Shown: positions 51,638-64,000, counted from the first letter of the stretch. The stretch: DNA of 64,000 bases from Rhizaria sp. SCN 62-66 (GCA_001724265.1 MEDY01000252.1:1-64000); one strand, 5' to 3'. Numbers and translations: made by a program. The notes: a model not told the origin generated them from the sequence alone.

Positions 51638-52865
51638 TTAGTTTGCGCCCTGCGCGAACTGCTGCGCCATGGTGGGCGCGGTCTCGACGCCGCTGACGCC
51701 GCCGGGCCCCGTGGAGAGCAAGTATGCGACGACGACGATCACTGAGCGCGGCATCGACACGCAGAAGGGACGGTCCGTGTTGGTGCAGTGTGTCAGCGCC
51801 GGAGCCAACACCTCGGCCAGGCTCTGGATGCGGCCCTGGTACGTCATGCCGGAGCCGGAGCCGCCCGCGACGCTGTTGCGCGACACCGACACCGACGCGC
51901 TGCCGCCGCGCCCGCCCCCGGCCGTGGAGTCGCTGCCGGTCATGTACGAGTCCGGAGAGGGCGTGCCGGGCCGCTTGCAGTCCGCAAGCCCGCGCACGAG
52001 CGTGATGACGTACGTCAGAGCAGCGTACTTGCGCTCGTGCAGCTCGTTGAGCACCTTTCTGGCCCAGCCCAGTGGCTCGGCGAAGGCGACGCGCCAGCCG
52101 GGCGCCGCCAGCAGCGGCTCGGGCAGCGACGAGGCCCAGTCGAGCAGGCACAAGCCCAGCGCGGGCAACGGGATAACCGCCGCGCCCGCCAGGCCGCCCA
52201 CCGTCACCGCGCCGCTGCCGGAGCCGGAGCCGGAGTGGTGGCTCGCGTTGCTGTTGTTCTCGGTGTTCGCGGTCGCGGCCGAGGGGTGGCGCTGTGCGAT
52301 AAGCGCGCGGAGCAAGTGCGGCGCCGAGTCCAGCACGGCGTGCACGGCAGCCGTAGCGTGGAGGTACTGCGCGCGCGCGTTGAGCGAGGCCAGCTGGTGC
52401 TGGTGATGCTGGTGATGCGCCAGCAGCGCCGTCGCCGACGACGTCGCAAGCGTCGCCGACGTCACGGTGTAGGTCGTGTTGGAGGGAAACAGCGAAACGG
52501 GCGGCACCAGCGCGACGCCGCTGCCGCTGCCGCCGCCGCCGCTGCCGCTGTTATTGTTGTTGCTGGTGGCGGCTGCGCTCACCGACGCGTGCGGGCCCCC
52601 CGCCGCGGCGCAGTGATTCGCACTGTTGTGGATTGCGAGGAGCGCGGCGAGCGAGCGGGGCCGGCCGTCGCTCTCGAGCGCCGCGGTGGTCACCACAGTG
52701 CGGCACACCGCCGCGGGGGGAAACAACGCCAGCGCGGCGGCTGGGGACGACAGCGGCGACCCGTCGGGGTGGTTCGCGATCGCGTCCAGCAGGTAAAACA
52801 GCTCTTTCGGCACACCCGTCACGCCAAGCGCGGGGCTGCCGCCATTCTCGCTTTCGCCTGCGCAG

Positions 52866-52905
<40 letters not shown>

Positions 52906-53114
52906 TGTTGCTGCTGTGGAGAGCCGTGGTGGCGGCGGTGTTGGCGGGCAGCGCGGCGCCGAGCCACGAGGGCCGGAGCGCGGCCGTGAAGCGCACCACG
53001 TGCTCCACGGGCTGCGCCTGCGCCGCCCAGAAGCGAGGGGCCGAAAAATGCGCGGCCGCAGCCGCGGCGCGCGAGGCGGGGTTGCCGGCCATGCGCACCG
53101 AGCCGCTTGCGCCC

Positions 53115-53152
<38 letters not shown>

Positions 53153-56100
53153 GCCGTGGTTGAAGCTGCTGCTGACGCCCACCGAGCCCCCGCCGCCGCC
53201 GTTGCTGCCGGCGTCGAAGGGGGAGTTGGCGAACGAGCCGCTGTTGTTGCCGTAGTCGCCGTAGCCGTCGTTGTCATGGCCGTGGCCGCCGTAAGGGTCA
53301 TCGAACACCGCGCCGCCGCGCCCGCTGCCGGAAACGCCGCCGCCGCCGCCGTGGCCGTGGCCGTGGCCGCTCATCGACGCGCCGCCGCCGCCGTTGTTGC
53401 CCGATTTGAAGAAGTTCTTGATCTTGCGTAGCGTGCCCGTCGCGGCGCCGCCGTCGAGCGCAGCGATGCTCGCCGTCGCCGCCGCACGCTCACGCTCGCG
53501 CTCGCGCTCGCGCTCGCCGCTGGAGAGGGAGCCGCCGGCGCCGACGCTGGGATAGTGCCCGCTGCCGCCGCCCGCCGCCCCCACGGCCCCGCCAGCGCCG
53601 GCGGTGTTGCTGCTGCCGCCGCCGCCAGAGGAGCCCTCGTCGCCGCTGCCGTCTGAGTCGTCGTCGGCGTCCTCGGCCGTGGCGGCCTGTTGCAGCAGCC
53701 ACGCAGACACGCCCGTCTGCCGGTCCGCAGGCACGTCGTGCGAGCCTGGCTCCTCGGCGTACTCGCGGATCGTCGCGTCCTGCGCAGGGTTGGTTCGCGA
53801 AAATAAAGAGGGAGGTGTTTGTGTGAGTGCAGTGTTTGGGATTATATGACATGACTTAAATATGAAAACAAACTAGGGGACACAGAGCGTTTCATCACAA
53901 TGTTGATAGCTGTAAACGCGATACATTAAACTATAAGTGAGGGATATACGCACCTGAACGCGAATTACCACAGCGGCCGCCAGCAGCGCGCACGCCGGTC
54001 CGCCCATGGCACCGCTGTCAGTGCCGCTTTCGCCACTACTTCCAGCGGCGGCGGCGGCGGCGGCGGCGGAGCGCGCGCGCGTGCGTAGCGTGTCCGCAAG
54101 CCCCAGCGCGGCCTCGATGCGCTTGGCGGCGAAGGGGCCCGCGGCGTGGCAAGTGACCGTGAGCGCGACGTCCTCGCCCGGGCAGATGAGTCCCGAGGCG
54201 TGGGAGACGGTGAGCCAGAAGGCCGAGTGGTCCGCGCAGGGCAGCGTGCGCGAGCCCAGCGGCAGCGACAACGGCTGCGTCGGGCCCGGCAGCGACGACA
54301 CCAGCGCAGGCACAGCGCTAGAGCCAGAACCGGGGGCTGAGGGGGTACTTAGATTCCCGTCTTGTTGTTGTGGCTGTTGTTCGACGGCCCACTTTGCGCT
54401 GAGCACCACGGCCTCTGGGCGGAGCGGGTCCACGGGCTGCAGGTGGCCCAGGCTGTGGCCCATCGCCACCGCGGCCGCCAGCGATGTGGGCAGCACGGTG
54501 AAGCGGACCACGCTGTTGCCTGTGTTGCGGAGCAGGATGGGGAAGTCGAGACGCGCACCGAGCCGCATGTCGCGCCAGTGTACGGCGGCGTGCGAGATCG
54601 AGACCCTCGGCGCGACGGAGGGCGCCGAGAGCTGCGACAGGTGCGCCTCGAGCGAGCGCCGCGTGCTGGCCGACTGGCTGTGCGCGCGGAACGCCGCTGT
54701 CAGCGCCACAGGCTTGTGATCCGACAGTAGCAGCTCCGCGCGGCGGTAGTCGCCGGGCGCGAAGTCGTTGCGGTTCAGCGAGCGCCACTGGATGCGGTCG
54801 CACCACGACGGCACGCGCACCTTCTTGTTCGCGCGGCGCTCGTAGTCGTGCGTACCCGGGGTGTATTTGTACGTCGGCGGGAAGGCGATGGGCAGCTCCT
54901 GGAACGCGGCGAAGGCGCGCCCGCCGGCCTTCTCGATGAGGAGCTGGTCGCGGCGCAGGAGCGCGTCCAGGTCGTTGTTGGCGATGAGCTTGTGCACCTC
55001 GCTCACCGAGGGGTGCGCGACGCGATAGTTGAGGTCGCCCATCCAAATTACATGGCTAGAAAGAGAACAAATATGACAAAGTGAGGAAAAGTTAGAAAAT
55101 AAATTAAACGCATGATATTTTTGAGATGAGTAACAAACAAACAGAAACATTAAATCTTTAGAATCTGATCTTAGATAAAAGCGATATAACTGCGTACCTG
55201 TGATCGGTGACGTGGAGAGGCACGTTCTGGCCCCCGTATCCGCCGCTGCCGCTGCCGCCGCTGCCGCCGCCGCTGCCGCCGCCGCCGCCGCTGCCCTGCT
55301 GGTACAGCGCCGTCAGTGGCGCGGAGCAGGCCGAGTAAAACCCCCCCGCGCCGCCGCCGCCGCCGCTGGCGTAGTTGTAGCCGTCGTCGTCGTCATCGAG
55401 CCCCGATCGGCGGCCCGCCTGCGAGGGCAACGCCTGAGCCTGCGACTGTAGCACGCGCGGGCTGACGCCGGTGGTCGAGTCGAACCGCAGGCGCCGCATG
55501 ATGGCGCTATAATGGGCGTTGCGCGCCTGGACCTTCTCCTGGTGGGCGGCGATGTGCGCGTTGAGAAAGCACACGCTCGTGTCGTTAACCGTGAAGGACA
55601 CGCCGATAGCACCCTTGTTGCCGCCGACGCCCATAAGCCCGATGCCGACCTTGCCGGTCCGCACGGCGCGCACCTTGTGCAGCAGCGACGTCCGCACCCA
55701 CACGCACAGGGCTAGTCCGACCAAGTGAGTCGACGCGATCATGACGTAACCGTCGGCGCCGGGGCGCGGCCGGCCCACGCGCGCCTCTTGGCTCGCGAAG
55801 CGGCCCAGCGCGCGGCGCAGCGAGTCCTCCGTGAGCGCCTCCCAGCGGCCGGTGGCGTGCGGGTCCACGAGCAGGTTCTTGGCCGAGAGGTCGACGACCT
55901 CCTGGAAACCCATCGCCACAATATCGGCCGGCCGCGCAATGCTGCTGGAGCTAGTGCTGGAGCTAGAGGAGCTGTTGGCGCTGGGGCTAGGGCTGGAAGG
56001 GTCGCCGCCGCTGGAGTACGGGGAGAGAGTGAAGTTTGCACCGCTGCTCGCACTATTGGGACTCGAACTCGTGGTGTTCGCGGTGTTGCTGTTGTTGTTG

Positions 56101-57509
56101 TTGACGATGGGGGGGCACAGCCAGTCGTCGAGCTGCTCCGTCGTGGCAGGCCGCTTGCCGTTGACGTTCCAGCTGCCCGCCCACACGGTCACTGGCACCG
56201 TCGCCATGGCCGTCTAGTGGGCGCGGATCGCAAGCTGGTGGCCCACCCAAGCGGGCGGAACCGGTCCCGCGTACGGCGCCGGCGGCGGCAGCGACGCCGA
56301 GGCGGCGATCGCGGCGGCGGCCGCCGACGGCAGCGCCGGCTGCTGCAGCGACTGCAGTTGAGACTGCAACATGAGTGGCTGTGGGGATTGTGAGTTGTTG
56401 TGGGGAACGGGGCTGGGGATGGTGTCGGCGGCCGAGGTGGGACACATCATGCGTAAGTAGCTCGGCAAGGCGCTTACACCGCCACTTACATTGCCAGACG
56501 ACGATGACGACGACGATGACGCTGCGGCGGCGGCGGCGGCGGTGGACATGGTGGGGCGTGCGGGCGGCGCCGGCCGGCTCGCATTAGGGTGCATGTTGGC
56601 CATGTTCGCACTAGAGCTAGAGCCAACACTCAGCGTGTTGGAGTTGGTATTGTGGCCAGAGCCCGCGCTAGCGTTGACTGCAGGAGAGAAAAGTCCGTTG
56701 CTGATGCGCGAGCCCGCAAACGCAGGCCCTTCACTGGTACCGGTACTCGCACTGCCGGAAGCACTGCTGGAACTACTGTTGGAACTGCTGGAACTCGTGG
56801 TGGCACTCGCAGGGTTACTCGTAACCGTGTTGGAAGCGACCGGGGCAGCGAGCGCGAGCTTGAAGCCCCCCGCAGGCGCCGCGACAGCGCCAGCCCCGGA
56901 ATGAGCTCCGCTATTCGCGCTGGCGTTATAACTCGGCGTACCCGCACCCATGACACTCACGCTGCCCACGTTGTTGCTGCTACTGTTGCCGCTGCCGCCG
57001 GGGATGTGCAGGGTCATGCCCGAGGTCGCCGCCGCGGCCGCCGCCGCCGCGGGCGCGCGGTTACGGCTGACGCTGAGGTGCGCGTTGAGCTGCCCCGGCG
57101 CGGCCTGTGTGAACGGCAGCGCGGCCGTCGCGGGGGACACCGCCGCGCCGCGCGCAAAGGGCAGCGTGCCGCGGGACGCCGACGGGTGCGCGCGCGCGAC
57201 CTGCTCCATCGCCGTCGTGGTCGCAGTGAAGAACTGCGCGAAGGTCTCGTCGTCCAGCACGTCCACGGCGGGAGTGCTGTGGTCCGCAGCGCTCGCGTTG
57301 CCGCCGCTGCTGCTGCTGACGGCGCTGTTGGGGCTGGCGAGGAGATCAAGAGGCGAGACGACGCCGTGAGCAGTTGAATTTGCACTATTAGCGTGGGCCT
57401 TGCTGTTGTTTGCAGAGCTGGTTTGGCTGGCAAAGATAGCGAAAGGGTCGTCGCTGCCGCCTGGGCTGGCGCCGGCGCCGGCGCTGGTGCTGTGGCTAGG
57501 GAACGACAT
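51638..57509 (-). CDS. OCRL/INPP5B-like inositol polyphosphate 5-phosphatase (5-phosphatase + ASH + RhoGAP-like; ~1850 aa, 1 in-frame TAG)
   Basis: Exons 57509-55198, 55055-53954 and 53779-51638. GSWNVNG, GFQEVV, GNKGAIG, IWMGDLNYR, FPPTYKY, PSWCDRI; ASH-like ILLRNTG; RhoGAP-like GVPKELFYLLD. TAG 56214-56216 lies just before the catalytic domain. Ends TAA. Confidence 0.9.
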
Positions 57510-58553
57510 CGGGCTTCAGCGTTGTCGAGCCACGGCAATCACAGAGTTCCAGGCGCAGAGCAGTCGCAGTGCGGTCGCAACAGAGTCAGACTGGTGGATC
57601 GATCGAACTGTCAGTGAATCGCGCTGTTCTGGCACCAGATCGGTCCGCAAGCGGGGCTGGAGAGCCGTAGACTCCAACTTGAGCAGACACGGGAGCGCGG
57701 AAAATAACGGACAAGTGATTACAAGGCTTAGCCGATGCTGTGGGAGCGCGCAGAGAGGGGCGGAGGAAGAGAAGACAAGAGCAAAATGAGTGGACGCGAG
57801 TGCAAATCGGTGCAGTAGATACCGGGGCGAGACAAACAGCTGTAGAAATGCAAAAACAGATTTGCAGCAATCTCAACTTATTCCCGTCCTGCTATCCTTG
57901 CTAGATATTCAAATGACGATGGATATACCCGCGAAACGTGTCATTCAGCTAACCCCCCAAATCTGTCTTTTGTGCTTGCGCCCACTCGGTCGGTCGGTCA
58001 GTAGAGTTTTTACGAACCTTCTGTCTCGACCCGGAGCTACGCGGCATCTCTCGAGAAGGGCCTCACAAAGGCTGAATTCTTTGAAGTCGCCTATATCAGC
58101 TATTCCGGCCGTGCGGGTGATGTGGTATTGTGCGTTTCGTGTTATATTCCTGCTTTGGCGTCGATGTGCATTTGTGTAATAACTCGAGCACGTTGATACA
58201 ATGGTGTATTTGTCGTTTCCGCGAAACCTCGCTTGCGGCGCTTCTCCTTCTCCGACCACTTCGCGTCCGGAGCACTTCCGTGCGCTTTTTTGTCCTTTAA
58301 AACTTGCATATCGGATCCAAACTTGTTTCCAAGATGGCAAACCCAATGTTCTATTGTCCATACTGTTTAGCTTGCGTGATCTTTTCAGTAACATGTATAA
58401 CCCTGCCTTTCCTGTGACGAAATGCCTTTTCCTTCATCACCTCCGCTTCCCATCTCATCCCACTTTTCTCTTCTTCACCCCTCAAAACTTTACTTCTGCA
58501 ACTTCCTTGGCCCTGTGCGTGCTGCTATATTTTCATCCAGCTCTTTCGCCCGC

Positions 58554-59075
58554 ATGTCCGAGTCGAACGTTCTCGCGCAGCCCAAGATCTGCGACACGAT
58601 CCTGGACCACATCGGCCACACTCCCCTGGTCCGCATCAACAACATCACCAAGGACGAGGGTATCGAGTGCGAGGTCCTCGCCAAGTGCGAGTTCTTCAAC
58701 GCCGGTGGCTCCATCAAGGACCGCATCGGTAAGCGCATGGTGCTCGACGCCCAGGCCTCTGGTCGCATCAAGAAGGGCGACATCCTCATCGAGCCCACCT
58801 CCGGCAACACCGGTACGTCAACTCTAACATTGACTTAATATTTCGTTTTATAGTGCAATCATTTGCTTATATCCATATACCTTATGTTTTCTTGTATCAT
58901 ATACTTTGTTTTTATCCCGAAATATACTCACATGCCTTCTCTATTCAACTTGTCCGCACTTATCCTCTCGTGCCCGCTTCAGGCATCGGCATGGCCCTGA
59001 CCGCCGCCGTCGAGGGCTACAAGATGATCATCACCCTTCCCGAGAAGATGAGCAAGGAGAAGGTCGACGTGCTCA

Positions 59076-59109
<34 letters not shown>

Positions 59110-60397
59110 CGAGGCGGCCTGGGACGCCCCCGAGTCGCACATCGGCGTCGCCAAGACGCTCAACGCCTCGCTGCCCAACTCGCACATCCTCGACCAGTAC
59201 GCCAACCAGTCCAACCCGCTGGCGCACTACGACGGCACGGCCGAGGAGCTGCTCGCGCAGTGCGACGGCAAGATCGACTACCTGATCGCCACGGCCGGCA
59301 CTGGCGGCACCATCTCGGGCATTGCCAAGAAGCTCAAGGAGAAGATCCCCTCCATCCAGGTACGTCTAAGTCGACATGTCTCACGCATATAGCTTGCTAA
59401 TGGAATTATACGTATATACTAAGGTGTACCGCTTTATCTTATAACTTTCTTTTTCCGTTCTATTGCTATTTACGTTTATATCATCTCACAACATATCGTT
59501 TTCTATCGCTTTGTATCTTATTTTCTCGCCTGTAACTCTGCGATTGTACGCGACTGTATTGTGCCCCTCCTCCAGATCATCGGCGTCGACCCCGTGGGCT
59601 CGATCCTGGCGCTGCCCGAGTCGCTTAACGTGTCTGACATCTCGACGTACCACGTCGAGGGCATCGGCTATGACTTCATCCCCGACGTGCTCAAGCGTGA
59701 GTACATCGACAAGTGGGTCAAGACCCGTGACGCCGAGTCCTTCACCATGGCCCGCCGCCTCATCCGCCAGGAGGGCCTCCTCTGCGGCGGCTCCTCCGGC
59801 GCCTGCATGGCGGCCGCTGTGCGCGCCATCAAGGACCTCAAGATCGGCAAGGACAAGCGCGTCGTCGTCATCTTCGCCGACTCTGTCCGCAACTACATGG
59901 GCAAGTTCCTCTCTGACGAGTGGATGGTCGAGAACGGCTTCATGGCGCCCCCCAAGCTCAACGCACCCTGGGCTGACCGCACCGTGGGCTCGCTGGCTCT
60001 TCACGCGCCTCTCACTGTTGCGCCCACCATCTCGGCCGCGGCCTGCATCGAGATCATGAAGAAGAACGGCTTCGACCAGATGCCCGTCGTCTCGGCCGAG
60101 GGCACGCTCCTGGGCGTGGTGACCATCGGCAACCTCGCCTCCCGCCTCGCCAATGCGCGCATCACGCCCGACTCGCCGATCGAGGCCGCGATGTTCAAGC
60201 AGTTCAAGCGCGTGACCGCGGCCACGACTCTCGGCGAGCTGTCGGTTATCTTCGACCGCGACCACTACGCCATCGCCACCGTCAAGTCATCGCACGTCAA
60301 CGCCGAGGGCGTGACGGAGGAGAAGGAGATGTGCTCCGGCGTCGTCACCCGCATCGACCTCGTCAACTTCATCACCGAGTTCAACAAGACCGCGTAA
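58554..60397 (+). CDS. CBS: Cystathionine beta-synthase (no N-terminal heme domain; C-terminal CBS-domain pair)
   Basis: Exons 58554-58812, 58983-59359 and 59576-60397. [17 protein letters not shown] (PLP lysine), [35 protein letters not shown]. Ends TAA. Confidence 0.95.
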
Positions 60398-61887
60398 GCA
60401 CGCGTACCCAACCATGCGTACCTTGAGTGAGAGAGAAAGGGTAGTTCTGCCTGACTTCTCTTCTCGCCTGCTAACGTCTTGCTGTAGCTTTTCTTCGTAG
60501 TCCTACCAGTGATGATATTTGTTTGATCGATTCCTTTCTTTTTCTGTTTTTATTTTTTTGTCTCCCACTGCAAACGCTAAACAAGACACACTTGGCACTA
60601 ACACGTGTAAGTTTGTTGTTGCTTTTCAGCGTCTGTGGTGGCCGGCAACGGGCGACTGTGACATGTTCAGTTCAGCGCCGTGACTGGTCTCACTGCTACC
60701 TATCAATACCGCGAAGCGGCAAAACCAAACACCCCCCAACAACGTACGGCGACAACAAAGCTACCACCAGACAAGCCACAGCAGCAGCAGCAGCGCGAAT
60801 TCATGTGTTGCTATGCTAGTGCTGTCGCTTTTTTAAATGTTGTTGCCTGTATTTTTTATCTAGGGTTTTGCTGCTTTGCGTGATATTTCTGACGCATACT
60901 CGAGGCGACCGTGTTCAAAGTGACGCGTAACGAAACAACGACTTCAATCTCTTTTGTTGTTGTTGATCTATTTGTTGCGCGTTGCTTGGCTTGTTTGTAA
61001 AGGTGGTTTCACCGGAGCGGATATTTTAACAAAACACGCGTACTTTATAACACTATAAAAGTGTACATCAGTACAAGCAGGAGTGAATTTTACGAAATTC
61101 CCACACTGTGTGTTTTTATTGGCGTTCCAAGTCATATTGGAGCGCTAACTCTTCTTTCGTGGCCGCGGCTTGCACAGGCGCACTGTCGTAAGCTACTAAA
61201 CATGTCAGCGCGACTGTGATTACTCTCCAGTGTTGTTCTACACTGTAAGGCCTTTATCAGTTGTGTTGATGTAGTAGGACTTACACACATACGCAGAACG
61301 AACAAACGAAATGGCAGCCAACAGGAATCTGTATCTGTTGCTCAGGTTGACGTTTGTTTCACTAGGCGTGTGTGTGTCTTTGGGTAGGGGCGCGACGTAT
61401 GTGAGATCTCACGCGTGCTCGCAGTTATAAAAGGACCCGTGACCGACTCGTTTGTTTTTGTTTTTCCGAGTTCTAAGGTGTCATGTGTTTTTTGTGCAGC
61501 TTTTATAACGCAATTTCAATCAGTGATGAAAGTATCTGTTGTTGTTCCAATCAGCAGCAGAGAACAATGAGTGTATGTATTAATGTCACGACTGCTCGTT
61601 AATAGTATTCCGTATTCCGTACACACACAATATGCTACATATCTTTTCTCTTCTATAAGTATGTTTATATCTCTCAAGAATACACTCCATCACGCTTCAT
61701 CAAGTCTACTAATCACACAGCAACAACTGACGGCGGCATCCCTTGAGCTTATGCTTGACAGAAGAAAATTGACACTTGAGTTATCACTAAATATCATTGT
61801 TTGTATTCACTTTCAACAGAAAGACACAAAACAAACTCACAACTAACATATTACTCGCAGTCTAACTGCGTGTCGCTTGCTTAAGCT

Positions 61888-62337
61888 TTACTGAGGGAAG
61901 GAGAAGGACTCCGGGAGGCCGAGGAAGGCCTTGACCTTGCCGTGGTCCTCGTATGTCTCCCCCTCGACCAGGCGCTCCTCGCTGACCTGGCTCTGGGCGA
62001 CGTCCCACTTGTAGAGCGTAGGCACGGCCGTGAGCTTGATCAGCGGGTCCCGCTTGAACGGGTGGCCGCCGGGCTGGCGGTAAGTCGCGCGCGCGAGCGG
62101 GCACAGCACCATCGTGTCGCCCTCGAGCGCGCCTGACGGCTGAAACAGCGCCGAGAGCATGTTCTCGGCCGCCACGCAGTCGCCGCACCAGGGCTTGCCG
62201 GCCTCATGAGCGGTCGTGATCATCAGGTACACCTTGGCCTTGTCGTTGCTCTTGGCGGCGGTGGCGACGGCGGAGACCATCTTGGCCTGGAAGTCGGAGG
62301 CGTCGGCGGCGACGTCGACGAGGGTAACGATGGGCAT
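61888..62337 (-). CDS. TXNDC17: Thioredoxin domain-containing protein 17 (TRP14 family)
   Basis: GKPWCGDCVAAE...HPFKRDPLIKLTAVPTLYKW...ERLVE, the TRP14 pattern (canonical WCPDC). Ends TAA. Confidence 0.8.
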   Translation of the reverse strand: MPIVTLVDVAADASDFQAKMVSAVATAAKSNDKAKVYLMITTAHEAGKPWCGDCVAAENMLSALFQPSGALEGDTMVLCPLARATYRQPGGHPFKRDPLIKLTAVPTLYKWDVAQSQVSEERLVEGETYEDHGKVKAFLGLPESFSFPQ

Positions 62338-63160
62338 GCTGGGAGTGGCGGCGAAGAGCAGAGAGCGCGACAGGGGGGCACAGCGAGACGACGGCAAGCG
62401 GGAGGAACAGGAGATTCGGGACAAAGAACGAAACATCGGGAGACTAAAGGGGATGAGATATGCCTGACGTGTGAGTACTTCCAGAAGATATCGTAAATTT
62501 TTTAAAGAGAAAACTGCATGAAAGTCTTGCATAACGCACAATTGTCGCCATTATCGGAGAGCAAATTAAGATATGGCGTGTTTTGATATCTTGATTGACG
62601 GTCGCCTGGTGCTGTCTTTTTTGCGAACCTGTCGTTTGACCACAAAAAAAGACGAGAACAACGTCTCGCTGGTCTTGGTCTTTGGAGTGTCCATTGTACG
62701 ACATACATCCACAAATAACGCTTGCAGTGGTAGTATCACTCTATTCTTAGATGGATCTTTAAATGATTGTTATTGCTGCGCTTGCTGGCTCAGGCATTGG
62801 GCTGGGGCATCTCCTGCAGATCTGGGTCACAACAACAACGCTCGTCCTCCCAATGCCCACACTACTTCCCCTCTACAAACCTCAGCCTCGCTGCTGTGTT
62901 TAACATTTGGTCTTTAGCCTTTCGTGTTGGCGCAGTTTATCTTTTTAGTGGTGCTGCTTTTTGCCATGCTAGGCTCAGCCATGGCTCCCTAGAAGGCTTG
63001 GCAGTGATATCATCAACACATCTCACCTCAAATCAAACCAGTCCTCACTCCATCGCCTCTCTTGTCCTTATTTCCTTGCGCTTTCCTCTGTTTTTGTTTG
63101 ACTCTCTCTGCCCACCGCTATCTGCGCCTTGCTCTTGCTACATCAGGAGACATCGTCGCA

Positions 63161-64000
63161 ATGTCGGCCCCGAACAAGGACGACAAGGCGATCCCGATCC
63201 CGATTCCTCGCGACGACGCGACTGAGAAGAAGGACGACACCACGCCCTCCTCCGTCACGGACCCCAAGCGGCCCGGCGACGACCTCGCTTCGGCGTCGAC
63301 GCGCCCGCTGGATGAGGACGACATCGCCGTGCTCAAGACCTACGCCGCGGGGCCCTACACCAACTCGATCAAGAAGCTCGAGGACGAGGTCAAGTCCCTC
63401 GTCGGCAAGGTCAACACGCTCAAGGGCGTCAAGGAGAGCGACACGGGTCTCTCCCCGCCCTCGCAGTGGGACCTGGTCGCGGACAAGCAGATGATGATGA
63501 TGGAGCAGACGCTCCAGGTCGCCCGCTGCACCAAAATCATCGCCCCTAACACCCCCCAGGTACGTCTCCGGCCTCGCCAACATAACCGTGCTAGTTTTAC
63601 CATACCCTACATTTGAAGCCAAAGATCGCCTCGCGTGGGATTGATTTTGTGCCATGATGTTAATTGTTGCTGTATTTACCTGTTCTTCTTATTATATCTC
63701 TCTGTAATAATATCCTCCTCACACACATAACACTATCGCCTCCGTATTTGTGTTCCCTGCAGGCCAAGTACATGGTCAACGTGAAGCAGATCGCCAAGTA
63801 CGTCGTCGGCCTCGCCGAGCGCGTGTCCCCGACCGACATCGAGGAGGGCATGCGCGTCGGCGTCGAGCGCCAGAACAAGCTCTCGATCCATCTCCCGCTC
63901 CCGCCCAAGATCGACCCCTCGGTCACCATGATGACCGTCGAGGAGAAGCCCGACGTGACGTACAACGACGTCGGCGGCTGCAAGGAGCAGATCCAGAAGA
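63161..64000 (+). CDS. PSMC2: 26S proteasome regulatory ATPase Rpt1 (subunit 7), 5' part
   Basis: Exons 63161-63559 and 63763->64000. [84 protein letters not shown]. Confidence 0.95.

Noticed and set aside
548-57509. TAG-interrupted genes as pseudogenes or sequencing errors
   Set aside because: All interruptions are TAG; none is TAA, TGA or a frameshift. Catalytic motifs downstream of TAGs are intact in the hydroxylase, GNAT and 5-phosphatase.
61521-61580. Possible C/D-box snoRNA (GTGATGA box C)
   Set aside because: No matching CTGA box D or terminal stem at a suitable distance.
1-64000. CRISPR arrays, transposons, rRNA, prokaryotic operons
   Set aside because: None seen. Repeats are coding microsatellites, and the genes are spliceosomal-intron-containing eukaryotic genes.

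Overview
Gene-dense eukaryotic (protist-like) nuclear DNA. Exons are GC-rich; introns are short (about 100-400 nt), AT-rich and GT-AG; intergenic spacers are short. I can model 16 protein-coding genes, two of them cut by the window edges: a Lys/Ala-rich C-terminus (possibly ribosomal protein eL13), a nucleoredoxin-domain fusion protein, a B-box protein, an MFS transporter, a degenerate DEAH-helicase/RRM/RBR protein, an EGLN/PHD-like 2OG-Fe(II) hydroxylase, KIF-binding protein, a CDK8-like kinase, PRMT5, tepsin, an unknown protein, a GNAT acetyltransferase, an OCRL/INPP5B-like 5-phosphatase, cystathionine beta-synthase, TXNDC17 and proteasome ATPase Rpt1. There are also two paralogous tRNA genes. 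Main finding: a non-standard nuclear genetic code. Thirteen in-frame TAG codons interrupt six otherwise intact genes, several inside or upstream of conserved domains. All 15 modelled gene ends use TAA (11) or TGA (4), and none uses TAG. UAG therefore appears to be a sense codon, most likely Gln, while UAA stays a stop, a rare decoupling of UAG from UAA. All calls come from manual translation and motif recognition; no database searches were run.
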